A DNA stretch of 64,000 bases from Marmoricola sp. (GCA_025965085.1 JAOPXP010000093.1:414-64413), one strand, 5' to 3'. Shown: positions 38,027 to 47,030, counted from the first letter of the stretch. Translations and numbers: made by a program. Notes: generated by a model from the letters alone, not told the origin.

Positions 38027-38069
38027 GCCACCCGGCGCCGGTGGATGAGGGGCGAGCGCAGCCGCGATG

Positions 38070-38097
38070 AGGTCCTGTCGTGGACAGGACCTAGGCT
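38070..38097. promoter_or_regulatory. Perfect 10-bp dyad abutting a TAGGCT -10 (operator and/or pirin terminator)
   Basis: AGGTCCTGTC-GTG-GACAGGACCT (38070-38092), then TAGGCT-N6-GTG. Confidence 0.55.
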
Positions 38098-38103
38098 CTG
38101 ACC

Positions 38104-39006
38104 GTGACGAACGAACAGGTCAGTCAGGTCCGCACCACGCTCGCCGATCTCGCCGCGGCCGGGCCCGTGGTGGTCGACGGCGGGATGGGGACGCTCCTGC
38201 AGGACAAGGGGCTGGACGACGGCGGTTCCGGCGAGCTGTGGAACGTGGACCGTCCCGACGCCATCCGCGAGGCCCACCGCGCCTATGCCGAGGCCGGCGC
38301 CCGGATCCTCACCACGAACACCTTCGGCGGCACGAAGCCCCGCCTGGACATGCACGGACTCGGCGACCGCGTCCACGAGCTCAACGAGGCGGGTGCCCGC
38401 CTCGCGCGCGAGGTGGCCGAGGAGCACGGCGCCCTGGTCGCCGGAGACCTCGGTCCGACCGGGGAGCTGATGGAGCCGCTGGGCACGATGGACGCCGCCG
38501 CGGCGCAGGCGATCTTCGCCGAGCAGCTGACCGGACTGCGCGACGGCGGCATTGACCTGGTGCTGATCGAGACGATGAGCGACCTGGCGGAGGTGGAGGC
38601 TGCGATCGCGGCAGCCCGCGAGGTCGTCCCCGGGCTGCCGATCGTGGCCACGATGAGCTTCGACACCAACCTGCGCACGATGATGGGCGTCCGCCCTGGC
38701 GAGGCCGTGACGGCGCTGGCGACCGCGGGTGCCACTGCCGTCGGCGCCAACTGCGGTCGGGGCCCGGGGGAGATGGCCGCCATCGCCGCCCAGATGGCCG
38801 ACGCCCGCCCCGACGGGCTGCTGCTGGTCGCGCAGTCCAACGCGGGCCTGCCGCAGGTCGTCGGGGACCACTTCGAGTACGACGCGACGCCCGACGACAT
38901 GGCAGCCCACGCCGTGGAGCTGCGCGACCTGGGCATCGACCTGATCGGTGCGTGCTGCGGCTCGACACCCCAGCACGTGGGTGCCATCAGCGCGGCCCTG
39001 ACGTGA
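38104..39006 (+). CDS. Stand-alone homocysteine S-methyltransferase domain protein
   Basis: 'DGGMGT', 'TNTFGG', 'IETMSD', Zn ligands 'GANC' and 'GACCG'; no pterin/B12 domains. Confidence 0.9.
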   Translation: MTNEQVSQVRTTLADLAAAGPVVVDGGMGTLLQDKGLDDGGSGELWNVDRPDAIREAHRAYAEAGARILTTNTFGGTKPRLDMHGLGDRVHELNEAGARLAREVAEEHGALVAGDLGPTGELMEPLGTMDAAAAQAIFAEQLTGLRDGGIDLVLIETMSDLAEVEAAIAAAREVVPGLPIVATMSFDTNLRTMMGVRPGEAVTALATAGATAVGANCGRGPGEMAAIAAQMADARPDGLLLVAQSNAGLPQVVGDHFEYDATPDDMAAHAVELRDLGIDLIGACCGSTPQHVGAISAALT

Positions 39007-39587
39007 CCGACGGCGTCGTCGTCGGCGAGGACGGCGTCGCCCGCTGCCCCTGGGCAGCGGGCCCCGGGACGATGCGCGACTACCACGACACCGAGTGGGG
39101 CGTGACGGTCGCCGGCGAGCGCGGACTCTTCGAGCGGCTCAGCCTGGAGGGCTTCCAGGCCGGCCTCTCCTGGTCGACCATCCTCAACAAGCGCGACCGG
39201 TTCCGGGAGGTCTTCCACGACTTCGACGTCGACCGGGTGGCGGCGATGACCGACGCGGAGCTCGAGGGGCTGATGGCCGACACAGGCATCGTCCGCAACC
39301 GCGCCAAGATCCTCGCCACGCGCACGAACGCCCGGGCAACCGTGGCGCTGCGCGAGGACGGTGGCCTCGAGCGCCTCATCGACGGGTTCCGGCCCGAGCG
39401 CGACCCGGAGCCGGTCGCGCCGGCCGACGTACCAGCCGTCACACCCGAGTCGACGGCACTGTCGAAGGCCCTGCGCAAGCGCGGTTTCGGTTTCGTGGGG
39501 CCGACGACGATGCACGCGCTGATGGAGGCGACCGGGCTGGTCGACACCCACCTCGTCGGGTGTCACAGGCGCGGCATCGCCCGCTGA
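39003..39587 (+). CDS. tag: DNA-3-methyladenine glycosylase I
   Basis: 'RCPWA', 'YHDTEWG', 'LEGFQAGLSW', 'FVGPTT', 'HLVGC'. Confidence 0.92.
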   Translation: MTDGVVVGEDGVARCPWAAGPGTMRDYHDTEWGVTVAGERGLFERLSLEGFQAGLSWSTILNKRDRFREVFHDFDVDRVAAMTDAELEGLMADTGIVRNRAKILATRTNARATVALREDGGLERLIDGFRPERDPEPVAPADVPAVTPESTALSKALRKRGFGFVGPTTMHALMEATGLVDTHLVGCHRRGIAR

Positions 39588-39608
39588 CGACCCGCTACGG
39601 TTCGGGCC

Positions 39609-41039
39609 ATGTCCCACGAACCCGCACCCCGGACCCGCGTGCACGCCTTCGGTGACGACGCCCTGGGGGACCACGACGCCGTCGGCCTCGCCGAGGAGAT
39701 CAGGAGAGGGCGAGTCTCGCGGCTCGAGGCCGTCGAGGCCGCGATCGCCCGGGCCCGAACGCTCGACGAGGACCTCGCCGGGCTCGCGGCTGACCGGTAC
39801 GCGCAGGCAGGTGTCGAGGCTCGGGTGCCGCACGACGGCTTCTTCGCGGGACAGCCCAGCTTCATCAAGGACAACAGCGACGTGGCGGGGCTGCCGACCC
39901 AGCACGGGACCCGGGCGTTCGTCGCGGAGCCGGCCACCGTGGACGGCGACTTCGCCCGGATGTACGGCCTGGTCGGGACCACGTTCCTCGGCAAGACCCG
40001 GCTCTCCGAGTACGGCTTCAGCGCCAGCGCCGAGTTCCAGGACGACGTCCCCGTGCGCAACCCGTGGCACACCGGCCACACCTCGGGCGCCTCGTCCGCA
40101 GGGTCGGCCGCGTTCGTCGCGGCAGGTGCGGTGACCATGGCGCACGCCAACGACGGTGGCGGATCGATCCGCATCCCCGCCGCCTGCTGCGGGCTGGTGG
40201 GCCTCAAGCCGACCCGGGGCCGGACCCCGAGCGACCGCGGCCACCGGGAGATGCCGGTCAGGATCGTGCACGACGGCGTCGTCACCCGGTCGGTGCGTGA
40301 CACCGCCGCGTTCCTCCGGGAGTCCGAGCGGGTCTACCGCAACCTCAAGCTGCCGCCTGTCGGCGACGTCACCGGGCCGGGCAGGAAGCGCCTGCGGGTC
40401 GCCCTGGTCACCGACTCTGTCGGAGGCCGGAAGACAGATGACGAGACGACCCAGACGGTGCTGCACACGGCCGGGCTGCTCGAGGAGCTCGGCCACACCG
40501 TCGAGGCTGTCCCGCCGCCGGTCGCGGACACCTTCGAGGACGACTTCCTCCTCTACTGGAGCTCGCTGGCACTGGCCATCAGCAGGGCCGGCAGGCACAT
40601 GTTCAGCCGCAGCTACGACCGCGACCGGAACGACAACCTGACCAAGGGACTCGCCCGGCACGCTGCCCGGAACGCCTGGAAGCTGCCGCTGGCGGTCAGC
40701 CGGCTGAACCGTTCGCACCGGACCAGCAAGCGCTTCTTCGCCGACCACGACGTCGTCCTGACGCCCACGCTCTCGCTGGTCACCCCCGAGCTCGGCTGGC
40801 TGGACCCGTCACAGCCGTTCGAGACCGTGCTGGGCCACCTGCTGGAGTGGGTGTCGTTCACGCCGCTGCAGAACGCCACCGGGGACCCGGCGATCTCGTT
40901 GCCCATGGGAACGACGTCCAAGGGCCTGCCGATCGGCGTACAGCTCGCGGCGGAGCGGGGCAACGACCGGCGACTGCTCCAGGTGGCCTACGAGCTGGAG
41001 GAGGCCCAGCCCTTCGCCAGGATCCAGGACCAGGTCTGA
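39609..41039 (+). CDS. Amidase (amidase-signature family)
   Basis: 'IKDN', 'GASSAGSA', 'NDGGGSIRIPA'. Confidence 0.92.
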   Translation: MSHEPAPRTRVHAFGDDALGDHDAVGLAEEIRRGRVSRLEAVEAAIARARTLDEDLAGLAADRYAQAGVEARVPHDGFFAGQPSFIKDNSDVAGLPTQHGTRAFVAEPATVDGDFARMYGLVGTTFLGKTRLSEYGFSASAEFQDDVPVRNPWHTGHTSGASSAGSAAFVAAGAVTMAHANDGGGSIRIPAACCGLVGLKPTRGRTPSDRGHREMPVRIVHDGVVTRSVRDTAAFLRESERVYRNLKLPPVGDVTGPGRKRLRVALVTDSVGGRKTDDETTQTVLHTAGLLEELGHTVEAVPPPVADTFEDDFLLYWSSLALAISRAGRHMFSRSYDRDRNDNLTKGLARHAARNAWKLPLAVSRLNRSHRTSKRFFADHDVVLTPTLSLVTPELGWLDPSQPFETVLGHLLEWVSFTPLQNATGDPAISLPMGTTSKGLPIGVQLAAERGNDRRLLQVAYELEEAQPFARIQDQV

Positions 41040-41058
41040 GATCTCCGCTGCGCTTCGT

Positions 41059-41089
41059 CGGCCGGCACCTCTGAGCCTGAGGTCGGCCG
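41059..41089. terminator. Hairpin between convergent amidase and thioesterase genes
   Basis: CGGCCG..ACCTC / GAGGT CGGCCG stem. Confidence 0.5.
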
Positions 41090-41091
41090 CC

Positions 41092-41895
41092 TCAGCGCCG
41101 GGCGGGGGCGACCAGCAGCGCCTGGGCCGACCGGGCGACCAGGCCCAGCTCGTCGTACACCTCGGAGGTTGCCAGCCCGACGGCTCCGGTGCCGATGGTG
41201 GTCTCCGCGCGGAGACACACCCACTCACCCACGGGAGGGCGTACGACGTGCACGGTCAGCTCGGTGTTCATGAAGCTCCACTCGGCCGGGTCGAGGGCGG
41301 CGGAGGCGCCGGATGCCGAGTCCACGCAGGCGAGAAGCCGCTGCAACGGGCTCATCTCCTCGCCGGGGACCAGCGAGACCAGCGGCCGCATCCACACCAC
41401 GGCGGGACCAGGTCGCGTCACCGCACCCTCGATCCACTGCCACTCCACGGAGTCGAGGTAGCCCCGCGACCACGACTCCGGCGGCTCCTCGTGGTGGCCG
41501 TGCGTGGGCCGGTGGCGCAGGGGCTCGCCGAACCCGCCCGGGCCGGAGCCGCCGGGCCACTCGAGGTCAGGGAAGGCCCATCCCTCGGCGCGCGCGACGA
41601 CCCGTCCGGCCGGGTCGCTGAGCTCGGCCTGCCGCAGGGACACCGTCCTGCCGGGGCGCAGCACCGTGGAGGTCACCGTGAGCTCCGCGACGGGCACGGG
41701 TCCGAGCAGGTCCATGGCGAACCGGCCGATCACCCGTGGGGACCCCTCGTCGATCGCCTCCAGGGCGCGGCCGAGCAGCGCAGCCGGTGGTCCACCGTGC
41801 TGGGCGTGCGGGCTCCATGGGCCGGACGTCGCGGTCGTGGAGGCGAACCGGTCGTCCTCGAGGGGCTCGTAGTAGGACACTGCCGGGGCGTTCAC
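41092..41895 (-). CDS. Acyl-CoA thioesterase-like protein (double hotdog, TesB-like)
   Basis: 'GPWSPHAQHGGPPAALL', 'RPGR', 'VDSASG', 'NTELTVH'. Confidence 0.88.
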   Translation of the reverse strand: MNAPAVSYYEPLEDDRFASTTATSGPWSPHAQHGGPPAALLGRALEAIDEGSPRVIGRFAMDLLGPVPVAELTVTSTVLRPGRTVSLRQAELSDPAGRVVARAEGWAFPDLEWPGGSGPGGFGEPLRHRPTHGHHEEPPESWSRGYLDSVEWQWIEGAVTRPGPAVVWMRPLVSLVPGEEMSPLQRLLACVDSASGASAALDPAEWSFMNTELTVHVVRPPVGEWVCLRAETTIGTGAVGLATSEVYDELGLVARSAQALLVAPARR

Positions 41896-41999
41896 CCGCA
41901 GATCATCGCGGGTCCGGCCAAGGGGCGGTCAAGTCCGGTCGGCCCGATTTCAGGTATCCCCTCCGGCCTGTGTATTCTGCACGTCGGCCCTGTGGCCAC

Positions 42000-42072
42000 G
42001 CCCCTTTAGCTCAGTCGGCAGAGCGTCTCCATGGTAAGGAGAAGGTCTACGGTTCGATTCCGTAAAGGGGCT
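42000..42072 (+). tRNA. tRNA-Thr(GGT)
   Basis: Cloverleaf: GCCCCTT/AAGGGGC acceptor, TCTCC-ATGGTAA-GGAGA anticodon arm, TTCGATT T-loop; CCA not encoded. Confidence 0.97.
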
Positions 42073-42140
42073 CTGGGAAGTCTCCCGAGGTCATCCGGAC
42101 AGCACGATGGAATGTGCGGGTGCTCTGGAGCGTTCCCAGT

Positions 42141-42214
42141 GGCGGGGTAGCTCAGGTGGTTAGAGCACACGGCTCATAATCGTGGTGTCGCGGGTTCGAG
42201 TCCCGCCCCCGCTA
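42141..42214 (+). tRNA. tRNA-Met(CAT), elongator type
   Basis: GGCGGGG/CCCCGCT acceptor, CACGG-CTCATAA-TCGTG arm; G1 paired and no 3xG-C anticodon stem, so not initiator. Confidence 0.92.
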
Positions 42215-42261
42215 CGGAAGCTTCACAGGCATCATCCTTAGGCTAGGAAGAAGGCACGAAA

Positions 42262-42432
42262 GTGGCCAGCAAGAGCTCAGACGTCCGCCCCAAGATCACC
42301 TTGGCGTGCGTGGACTGCAAGGAACGCAACTACATCACCAAGAAGAACCGCCGCAACGACCCGGACCGCATGGAGCTGAAGAAGTTCTGCCCGCGTTGTC
42401 GCCAGCACACGGACCACCGCGAGACCCGCTGA
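42262..42432 (+). CDS. rpmG: 50S ribosomal protein L33 (Zn-binding C+ form; below the ORF-track size cutoff)
   Basis: [56 protein letters not shown]. Confidence 0.97.
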   Translation: MASKSSDVRPKITLACVDCKERNYITKKNRRNDPDRMELKKFCPRCRQHTDHRETR

Positions 42433-42447
42433 CCTGATCGCTCGCAC

Positions 42448-42478
42448 GAAGCGGCTCCGGCACTGCCGGGGCCGTTTC
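42448..42478 (+). terminator. Intrinsic terminator-like hairpin after rpmG
   Basis: GAAGCGGCTCCGGC-ACT-GCCGGGGCCGTTTC. Confidence 0.7.
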
Positions 42479-42524
42479 TGCGTACCCGGAACAACGTCCA
42501 GGACAGCAGCTGGAGGCTAGCGTC

Positions 42525-43574
42525 ATGACCGTGCCTGCACCCCGCGAGGCGGCCGACCGTCAGGTCGAGCTCGCCGACCTGACGACCCTGCGCCTGGGCG
42601 GCCCGGCAACCGACCTCGTCGAGGCCGACGACGAGGCCACCCTGGTCGAGGCGGTGCGCTCCGCGGACGAGGCGGACACCCCGGTCCTGCTGGTCGGCGG
42701 CGGCAGCAACCTGGTCGTGGCCGACGAGGGCTTCCGCGGTCGCGTGGTCGTCGTCGCCAACAAGGGCGTGCGCATCGAGGGTGACACCTGTGGCGGGGCG
42801 TACGTCGAGGTCGGCGCCGGGGAGACCTGGGACGGCGTGGTGGCCGCAGCCGTCGAGAACGAGTGGGTGGGCATCGAGGCGCTCTCAGGCATCCCCGGGA
42901 CCGCCGGCGCCACCCCGATCCAGAACGTCGGTGCCTACGGCCAGGAGGTCGCGCAGACGCTCGCCCAGGTGCGCACCTGGGACCGGTCGGACCGCCAGAT
43001 CCGCACGTTCGCCGCTGCGGACTGCGGTTTCGGCTACCGCACCAGTCGTTTCAAGGAGCAGCCCGGCCGCTACGTGGTGCTGTCCGCGACCTTCCAGTTC
43101 CGGCTGGGCGACCTCGGCGCCCCCGTGCAGTACGCCGAGCTGGCGGACGCGCTCGGCGTGGAGACCGGGCAGCGCGCCCCGTCGAGGGAGGTCCGCGAGG
43201 CGGTCCTCGCGCTGCGCCGCCGCAAGGGCATGGTGCTGGACCCCGAGGACCACGACACCTGGAGCACGGGATCCTTCTTCACCAACCCGGTGGTCCCCGC
43301 CGGCCTCGTTCCCGCGGGGGCGCCGACCTGGCCCCAGCCCGACGGACTGGTCAAGACGAGCGCGGCGTGGCTCATCGAGCACGCGGGGTTCACCAAGGGC
43401 TACGGCAACGATCGCGTCCGGCTGTCCTCGCGGCACACGCTGGCCGTGACCAACCGCGGGGGAGCCACCACGGAGGACCTGCTGGCGCTCGCCCGCGAGC
43501 TGCAGGCCGGTGTCAGGCAGCGATTCGGGATCACCCTGGTCAACGAGCCGGTGCTGGTCGGCTGCCGGCTCTGA
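42525..43574 (+). CDS. murB: UDP-N-acetylmuramate dehydrogenase
   Basis: 'GGGSNLV', 'LSGIPG', 'QNVGAYG', 'FGYRTSRFK', 'GSFFTNP', 'NEP'. Confidence 0.95.
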   Translation: MTVPAPREAADRQVELADLTTLRLGGPATDLVEADDEATLVEAVRSADEADTPVLLVGGGSNLVVADEGFRGRVVVVANKGVRIEGDTCGGAYVEVGAGETWDGVVAAAVENEWVGIEALSGIPGTAGATPIQNVGAYGQEVAQTLAQVRTWDRSDRQIRTFAAADCGFGYRTSRFKEQPGRYVVLSATFQFRLGDLGAPVQYAELADALGVETGQRAPSREVREAVLALRRRKGMVLDPEDHDTWSTGSFFTNPVVPAGLVPAGAPTWPQPDGLVKTSAAWLIEHAGFTKGYGNDRVRLSSRHTLAVTNRGGATTEDLLALARELQAGVRQRFGITLVNEPVLVGCRL

Positions 43575-43581
43575 GCAGCTC

Positions 43582-44262
43582 CTAGACCGAGCTGCCGCCG
43601 GTGGTGGTGGTCGTGGTGCTCGCCAGGGTCACCAGCGCGACGAAGGCGATGAGTGCCACGATCGCGAGGACCAGCAGCACCGTGCCGATGATGCCCATGA
43701 TCATCCCGGCGCGTGCGTTGCTCTCGCCACCCAGACCGCCCCGGGACTGCCTGATGCCGTGGAGCGAGCTGCGTCCGATCGCCCACGCGAACGGCGAGAC
43801 CACCAGCGTGAGGCCACAGGTGAAGACAGCGCCGACGAGGCCGACGAGGCCCAGCACCATGGCCAACGTCGACTGCGGGTGCGGCGGGACGACCGGCGAG
43901 TAGGGGCCGTAGGGCTGACCCGGGAACCCACCCGGGAAGCTGTCCGGCGCGGGCGGGTACTGGTAGCGCGGCGGCTGTCCCTGGGAGGGGTAGGCGCCGT
44001 ACCCCTGCTGGGCATGGGGCGCGGAGGGGCCGTAGGGGTTCGCCCCGGCCGCCTGACCATAGGCGCTCTGGCCGGCCTGGTCGGGGCCATTGCTGCCCGG
44101 CGGGAGGGGCGTGGTGGGGTCGAGGTGACCCTGCTGCTCCTGCTCCCGCGCCTGCTCGGCGGCTTGCCGTTCCCAGTAGCCGACGGGCTGCGTCTCCTCC
44201 GTGCCGTCTGCCGGTGGGAGGTCGTCCGGCGTCTGCGGGGTCTCGCCCGGGTAGGTGCTCAT
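43582..44262 (-). CDS. DUF4190 domain membrane protein with Pro/Gln/Tyr-rich N-terminus
   Basis: 'LAMVLGLVGL...AWAIGRSSL...GESNARAGMIMGIIG'; ATGA overlap with add. Confidence 0.85.
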   Translation of the reverse strand: MSTYPGETPQTPDDLPPADGTEETQPVGYWERQAAEQAREQEQQGHLDPTTPLPPGSNGPDQAGQSAYGQAAGANPYGPSAPHAQQGYGAYPSQGQPPRYQYPPAPDSFPGGFPGQPYGPYSPVVPPHPQSTLAMVLGLVGLVGAVFTCGLTLVVSPFAWAIGRSSLHGIRQSRGGLGGESNARAGMIMGIIGTVLLVLAIVALIAFVALVTLASTTTTTTGGSSV

Positions 44263-45290
44263 GGAGTCATTGTCCCCAACCAGTCGTCGATCTCGTGCAG
44301 GACGGAGGACTTGTCCGCCTCGGGGGCGCGGGACGCGCGGACCGAGGAGCGGGCCAGGTCGGCCAGCTGCCCGTCCGTGAGGTCGTGCGCAGCACGCATC
44401 GTGGCGTACTGGCCGGCCAGCCGGGAGCCGAACAGGAGAGGGTCGTCGGCGCCGAGCGCGATCGTGGCACCGGCGGCCATCAGCTCCGGCAGAGGCACCG
44501 AGGAGAGATCGCTGTAGACCCCGAGGGCGACGTTCGAGACCGGGCACACCTCCAGCGCGATCTCCCGCGCCACGATGAGGTCGAGCAGGTCGGGGTCCTC
44601 CGCCGCACGGATGCCGTGGCCCAGACGGTCCGCGTGCAGCTCCTCCACGCACAGCCGGGCCGAGTCCGGGCCCAGGAGCTCCCCGCCGTGGGGGGCGAGC
44701 AGCAGTCCGGCCCGCTCGGCGATCCGGAACGCGGGGGCGAAGTCGCGGGTGCTGCCCCGACGCTCGTCGTTCGAGAGCCCGAACCCGACGACCCCGCGGC
44801 CGGCGTACTGCCCGGCCAGGCGCGCCAGCGTGCGGGCGTCGAGCGGGTGGCGCGTGCGGTTGGCGGCGATCACGACGGCCATCCCGATGCCGACGTCCCG
44901 GCTGCTCTCCCGCACGGCGTCCAGCACCAGGTCGGTGAAGGCGGTCACCCCGCCGAACCTGGCGGCGTACCCGCTCGGGTCGACCTGGATCTCCAGCCAT
45001 CTCGAACCGTCGCGCTTGTCGTCCTCGGCGGCCTCGCGCACCAGCCGGCGTACGTCGTCCTCCGTGCGCAGCACCGACCGGGCGACGTCGTAGAGCCGCT
45101 GGAAGCGGAACCAGCCCTTCTCGTCGGCCGCCGACAGCTGCGGTGGCCAGTCCTCCACGAGGGCGTCGGGCAGGTGGTGCCCGTCACGCTCGGCGAGCTC
45201 GAGGAGGGTCTGGTGGCGCATGGAGCCGGTGAAGTGCAGGTGGAGGTGCGCCTTGGGCAGGGCCTCGATCGACCTGTGGTTGCCGTTCAA
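44259..45290 (-). CDS. add: Adenosine deaminase
   Basis: 'LPKAHLHLHFTGSMR', 'PHGGEL', 'RLGHG', 'EVCPVSN', 'ADDP'. Confidence 0.9.
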   Translation of the reverse strand: MNGNHRSIEALPKAHLHLHFTGSMRHQTLLELAERDGHHLPDALVEDWPPQLSAADEKGWFRFQRLYDVARSVLRTEDDVRRLVREAAEDDKRDGSRWLEIQVDPSGYAARFGGVTAFTDLVLDAVRESSRDVGIGMAVVIAANRTRHPLDARTLARLAGQYAGRGVVGFGLSNDERRGSTRDFAPAFRIAERAGLLLAPHGGELLGPDSARLCVEELHADRLGHGIRAAEDPDLLDLIVAREIALEVCPVSNVALGVYSDLSSVPLPELMAAGATIALGADDPLLFGSRLAGQYATMRAAHDLTDGQLADLARSSVRASRAPEADKSSVLHEIDDWLGTMTP

Positions 45291-45344
45291 GCCAGAACCC
45301 CGTGGTCGCCATGCATGTGGCCCTCACCCCTCCCGCAGGGCGTC

Positions 45345-45406
45345 GCCGAGGCGTCGCAGATTGCGCTCCCGCGCTGCGCTGCCCGGATCAATCTGCGACG
45401 CCTCGG
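45345..45406. repeat. Perfect 19-bp inverted repeat with 24-nt loop (REP-like or terminator)
   Basis: GCCGAGGCGTCGCAGATTG (45345-45363) / CAATCTGCGACGCCTCGGC (45388-45406). Confidence 0.85.
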
Positions 45407-45423
45407 CTCTGCCTTCAGCTCGC

Positions 45424-46743
45424 TCAGTTCGCTCGGTCTGCCAGGCCGCTGACCTGCTCGGCGGCTGCCAGCAGGACGCAGGTCGCGACGGCCTCCATGG
45501 CCTCGCTGACCTCGGGCAGTCCCGGGAAGGTGGGGGCGAGCCGGATGTTGCGGTCGTGGGGATCCTTGCCGTCGGGGAAGGACGCGCCCGCCGGGGTCAG
45601 CGCGATCCCGGCCTCCTTGGCGAGCTGCACGACGCGCGACGCCGTGCCGTCCAGCACGTCGAGGCTCACGAAGTAGCCGCCCTTGGGCCGCGTCCAGGTG
45701 GCGACGCCCAGGCCGCCCAGCCGCTCGGTCAGGATCCGCTCCACCGCCTCGAACTTGGGCGCGATGACCGCGCGGTGCTTGACCATGTGGTCGCGCACAC
45801 CCTGCGGCGAGCCGAAGAACTCCACGTGCCGGAGCTGGTTGAGCTTGTCCGGGCCGATGGCGCCCTGACTGAGGTGGCGGACGTACCACTGCACGGTCTC
45901 GACCGAGCCGGCGAGGAACGCGACGCCGGCGCCGGCGTAGGTGATCTTCGAGGTCGACGCGAACATGATGGGCCGGTGCGGATGGCCGGCGGCCGCCGCG
46001 AGCGAGAGGATGTCGGCGCTCTTCGCCTCGTCCTCGGTGAGGTGGTGGAAGGCGTAGGCGTTGTCCCAGAAGATCTTGAAGTCGGGCGCCGCGGTCTCCA
46101 TCGACGCGAGCCGGTCCGCGACCTCCTGGGAGAGGACCGAGCCTGTGGGGTTGGCGTACGTCGGCACCACCCACATGCCCTTGATGCTGGGGTCTGCGGC
46201 GGCCAGCCGGGCCACCGCCTCCGCGTCGGGGCCGTCCTCGTTCATGGGCACGGTGACCGTGTCGATGCCGAACCAGCTGAGCAGGGTGAAGTGCCGGTCA
46301 TAGCCCGGGACGGGACAGATGAAGGTCACCTTCTCCTCCGCACCCCACGGGCGGACGCTGTCGACGCCACCCTTGAGCCACAGGTCGGTCAGCACCTCGC
46401 GCATCATCACCAGGCTCGAGTTGCCCCCGGCGACGACCTGCTCGGGCGCGACCCACAGCAGATCGGCGAACATCGCCCGGATCGCCTTGATGCCCTCGAG
46501 GCCGCCGTAGTTGCGGACATCGACCCCGTCGGGGTCCTTGACGCCGCTGGGGAGCCGGAGCAGGGCATCGGAGAGGTCGAGCTGCGCCGCCGAGGGCTTG
46601 CCACGGGTGAGGTCCAGCGCGAGGCCACGGCCACGGAGGTCGTCGTAGGCTGCTCGTTGCTCGACGAGGAACGCCTTGATCTCCTCGGGGGTGCGGTCGG
46701 CGAGGGGGTGGGCCTGCTGGCTCTGCTCTGTCACGCGCTCCAT
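45424..46743 (-). CDS. PLP-dependent aminotransferase, Rv3722c-type (probable aspartate aminotransferase)
   Basis: 'LDLTRGKPS..QLDLS', 'RNYGG', 'CPVPGYDRHF', 'WDNAY', 'STSKIT', 'RNIRLAP'; true start may be GTG at 46734. Confidence 0.85.
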   Translation of the reverse strand: MERVTEQSQQAHPLADRTPEEIKAFLVEQRAAYDDLRGRGLALDLTRGKPSAAQLDLSDALLRLPSGVKDPDGVDVRNYGGLEGIKAIRAMFADLLWVAPEQVVAGGNSSLVMMREVLTDLWLKGGVDSVRPWGAEEKVTFICPVPGYDRHFTLLSWFGIDTVTVPMNEDGPDAEAVARLAAADPSIKGMWVVPTYANPTGSVLSQEVADRLASMETAAPDFKIFWDNAYAFHHLTEDEAKSADILSLAAAAGHPHRPIMFASTSKITYAGAGVAFLAGSVETVQWYVRHLSQGAIGPDKLNQLRHVEFFGSPQGVRDHMVKHRAVIAPKFEAVERILTERLGGLGVATWTRPKGGYFVSLDVLDGTASRVVQLAKEAGIALTPAGASFPDGKDPHDRNIRLAPTFPGLPEVSEAMEAVATCVLLAAAEQVSGLADRAN

Positions 46744-46892
46744 GTTGGCAGAGAGCGTCCGCAGGGCTTCAAGTGGCCGGGCACCCGAGTCAGGGGAGGG
46801 CGCGCCGCCGGTTCGACTTTGCGTGGACCGGACCCGTAGACTCGCCTTTTGGTGATTCCGGCCAATGTTTCCCCATGCCCGGAATACGCCTT

Positions 46893-46965
46893 AGGGCACT
46901 AGCTCAACTGGCAGAGCATCGGTCTCCAAAACCGAAGGTTGGGGGTTCAAGTCCCTCGTGCCCTG
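46893..46965 (+). tRNA. tRNA-Trp(CCA)
   Basis: AGGGCAC/GTGCCCT acceptor, TCGGT-CTCCAAA-ACCGA arm, TTCAAGT T-loop; precedes secE. Confidence 0.97.
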
Positions 46966-47030
46966 CGAGAGGTCCGCGAGCAGCGGGTAGGCAAGCAGGC
47001 AGCAGTCAGGCAAACGGAAGAAGGAAGAAC

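Noticed and set aside
38027-38103. SAM or cobalamin riboswitch before the homocysteine methyltransferase
   Set aside because: Only 77 bp, probably leaderless, no aptamer motifs
42141-42214. CAT-anticodon tRNA as initiator Met or lysidine Ile2
   Set aside because: Lacks initiator features; acceptor stem GGCGG resembles elongator Met rather than the C4/C5 pattern of E. coli Ile2. Not fully excluded without a covariance-model score
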